DNA of 64,000 nt from Convolutriloba macropyga. Lineage: Eukaryota. Made by a program: the position numbers and the translations under genes. Under the pieces are notes generated by a model, which saw only the letters and a program-made list of their open reading frames with translations, did no database searches and had not been told where the DNA came from. Positions 61,201 through 64,000 of this stretch are shown here, one piece after another (positions within the stretch are counted from its first letter, which is position 1; every line of letters starts with the position of its first letter). The stretch lies in NCBI RefSeq assembly GCF_964194025.1, contig NC_134474.1, positions 34,410,001-34,474,000 on the forward strand, in the 5' to 3' direction.

Positions 61201-64000
61201 GATTAGGTAGGCTGCAGGGGGACCAGGTATGAATGAGTAAGTTTTTTTTAATACCCTGCACCCCTTTTGAGAAACGCTAAGTATCGATAAGATAGGCTGC
61301 AGGGGGGACCAGGTACGAATGATTGAGTTTTTTACATCCTATACCCCTTTTGAGAAACGTTAAGTATCGATTAGGTAGGCTGCATTGGGACCAGGTATGA
61401 ATGAATAAGTTTTTTTACAACCTATACCCCTTTTGAGAAACGCTAAGTGTCAATTAGGTAGGCTGCATGGGGACCAAGATTGAATTAATAAATTTTTTTG
61501 ACACCCTATACCCCTTTTGAGAAACCCTAAGTATCGATTAGGTAGGCTGCAGGGGGACCAGGTATGAATGAGTAAGTTTTTTTAATACCCTGCACCCCTT
61601 TTGAGAAACGCTAAGTGTCAATTAGGTAGGCTGCATGGGGACCAAGATTGAATTAATAAATTTTTTTGACACCCTATACCCCTTTTGAGAAACCCTAAGT
61701 ATCGATTAGGTAGGCTGCAGGGGGGACCAGGTACCAATGATTGAGTTTTTTACACCCTATACCCCTTTTGAGAAACGTTAAGTATCGATTAGGTAGGCAG
61801 CATTGGGACCAGGATTGAAATAATAAATTTTTTTGACACCCTATACCCCTTTTGAGAAACCCTAAGTATCGATTAGGTAGGCTGCAGGGGGACCAGGTAT
61901 GAATGAGTAAGTTTTTTTACTACCCTGCACCCCTTTTGAGAAACGCTAAGTATCGATAAGATAGGCTGCAGGGGGGACCAGGTACGAATGATTGAGTTTT
62001 TTACACCCTATACCCCTTTTGAGAAACGTTAAGTATCGATTAGGTAGGCTGCATTGGGACCAGGTATGAATGAATAAGTTTTTTTTACACCCTATACCCC
62101 TTTTGAGAAACCCTAAGTATCGATTAGGTAGGCTGCAGTGGGACCAGGTATGAATGAATAAGTTTTTTTTAATACCATGCACCCCTTTTGAGAAACGCTA
62201 AGTATCGATTAGATAGGCTGCAGGGAGGAACAGGTACGAGTGATTGAGTTTTTTACACCCTATACCCCTTTTGAGAAACGTTAAGTATCGATTAGGTAGG
62301 CTGCATTGGGACCAGGTATGAATGAATAAGTTTTTTTTACACCCTATACCCCTTTTGAGAAACCCTAAGTATCGATTAGGTAGGCTGCAGTGGGACCAGG
62401 TATGAATGAGTAAGTTTTTTTAATACCCTGCACCCCTTTTGAGAAACGCTAAGTATCGATTAGATAGGCTGCAGGGAGGAACAGGTACGATTGATTGAGT
62501 TTTTTACACCCTATACCCCTTTTGAGAAACGTTAAGTATCGATTAGGTAGGCTGCATTGGGACCAGGTATGAATGAATAAGTTTTTTTAATACCCTGCAC
62601 CCCTTTTGAGAAACGCTACGTATCGATTAGATAGGCTGCAGGGAGGAACAGGTACGAGTGATTGAGTTTTTTACACCCTATACCCCTTTTGAGAAACGTT
62701 AAGTGTCAATTAGGTAGGCTGCATGGGGACCAAGATTGAATTAATAAATTTTTTTGACACCCTATACCCCTTTTGAGAAACCCTAAGTATCGATTAGGTA
62801 GGCTGCAGTGGGACCAGGTATGAATGAGTAAGTTTTTTTAATACCCTGCACCCCTTTTGAGAAACGCTAAGTATCGATTAGATAGGCTGCAGGGAGGAAC
62901 AGGTACGAGTGATTGAGTTTTTTACACCCTATACCCCTTTTGAGAAACGTTAAGTATCGATTAGGTAGGCTGCATTGGGACCAGGTATGAATGAATAAGT
63001 TTTTTTACAACCTATACCCCTTTTGAGAAACGCTAAGTGTCAATTAGGTAGGCTGCATGGGGACCAAGATTGAATTAATAAATTTTTTTGACACCCTATA
63101 CCCCTTTTGAGAAACCCTAAGTATCGATTAGGTAGGCTGCAGGGGGACCAGGTATGAATGAGTAAGTTTTTTTAATACCCTGCACCCCTTTTGAGAAACG
63201 CTAAGTGTCAATTAGGTAGGCTGCATGGGGACCAAGAGTGAAATAATAAATTTTTTTGACACCCTATACCCCTTTTGAGAAACCCTAAGTATCGATTAGG
63301 TAGGCTGCAGGGGGACCAGGTATGAATGATTGAGGTTTTTACACCCTATACCCCTTTTGAGAAACGCTAAGTGTCAATTAGGTAGGCTGCATGGGGACCA
63401 GGATTGAATTAATAAATTGTTTTGACACCCTATACCCCTTTTGAGATACCCTAAGTATCGATTAGGTAGGCTGCAGGGGGACCAGGTATGAATGAGTAAG
63501 TTTTTTTAATACCCTGCACCCCTTTTGAGAAACGCTAAGTATCGATTAGATAGGCAGCATTGGGACCAGGATTGAATTAATAAATTTTTTTGACACCCTA
63601 TCCCCCTTTTGAGAAACCCTAAGTATCGATTGGGTAGGCTGCAGGGGGACCAGGTATGAATGAGTAAGTTTTTTTAATACCCTGCACCCCTTTTGAGAAA
63701 CGCTAAGTATCGATTAGATAGGCTGCAGTGGGACCAGGTATGAATGATTGAGTTTTTTTACACCCTATACCCCTTTTGAGAAACGCTAAGTGTCAATTAG
63801 GTAGGCTGCATTGGGACCAGGTATAAATGAATAAGTTTTTTAACCCTCTATACGAATTTTGAGAAAAGCTAAGTATCGATTAGGTAGGCTGCATGGGGAC
63901 CAGGTATGAATGAATAAGTTTCTTTTACCCCCTATACCACTTTTGAGAAACGCTAAGTATGGATTAGTTAGGCTGCATGGGGACCACAAAAGAATGAATA
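58215..64000. repeat. Satellite array, monomer ~82-85 bp, roughly 69 copies, continuing past the window end
   Basis: Consensus cccttttgagaaacgctaagtatcgattaggtaggctgcagggggaccaggtatgaatgaataagtttttttacaccctatac. Rare variants recur at an exact 1422-bp offset (58681/60103, 59428/60850; ORFs 59603/61025 identical). Confidence 0.97.

Noticed and set aside
58215-64000. CRISPR-like array
   Set aside because: The whole monomer repeats with no unique spacers, there are no cas genes, and the context is eukaryotic. The ORFs at 59603, 61025 and 61946 are translations of the satellite.
1-64000. Species assignment
   Set aside because: The repeat and gene content suggest an invertebrate animal, but nothing in the window identifies the taxon without a search.

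Overview
AT-rich, repeat-dense eukaryotic (animal-like) genomic DNA with GT-AG introns and one assembly gap; nothing here looks prokaryotic. Host genes: (1) a divergent histone H3-fold (CenH3/CENP-A-like) exon at 10379-11031. It has no ATG of its own and can be spliced in phase either to a tiny exon at 10189 or to a K/S/G-rich exon at 473-806, giving a 328-aa H3 variant with a very long tail. (2) Two paralogous two-exon secreted C-type lectin genes (24204-32738, with a 1-nt frameshift; 41905-44982, intact). Mobile DNA: CR1/L2-type LINE fragments, two families of Helentron-type non-autonomous elements (HINEs), Merlin-like, EnSpm-like and MULE/Phantom-like elements with recognisable TIRs/TSDs, and several medium-unit tandem repeats. 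From about 51.9 to 57.8 kb lies a decayed endogenous Polinton/Maverick (adintovirus-like) gene block: membrane protein, packaging ATPase, integrase, minor capsid, core-like protein, major capsid and protease, with no DNA polymerase visible. A tRNA-like Pol III cassette precedes it, and a ~83-bp satellite array with a 1422-bp higher-order duplication follows it to the window end. All calls are by eye; no database searches were run, and boundaries marked approximate are estimates.
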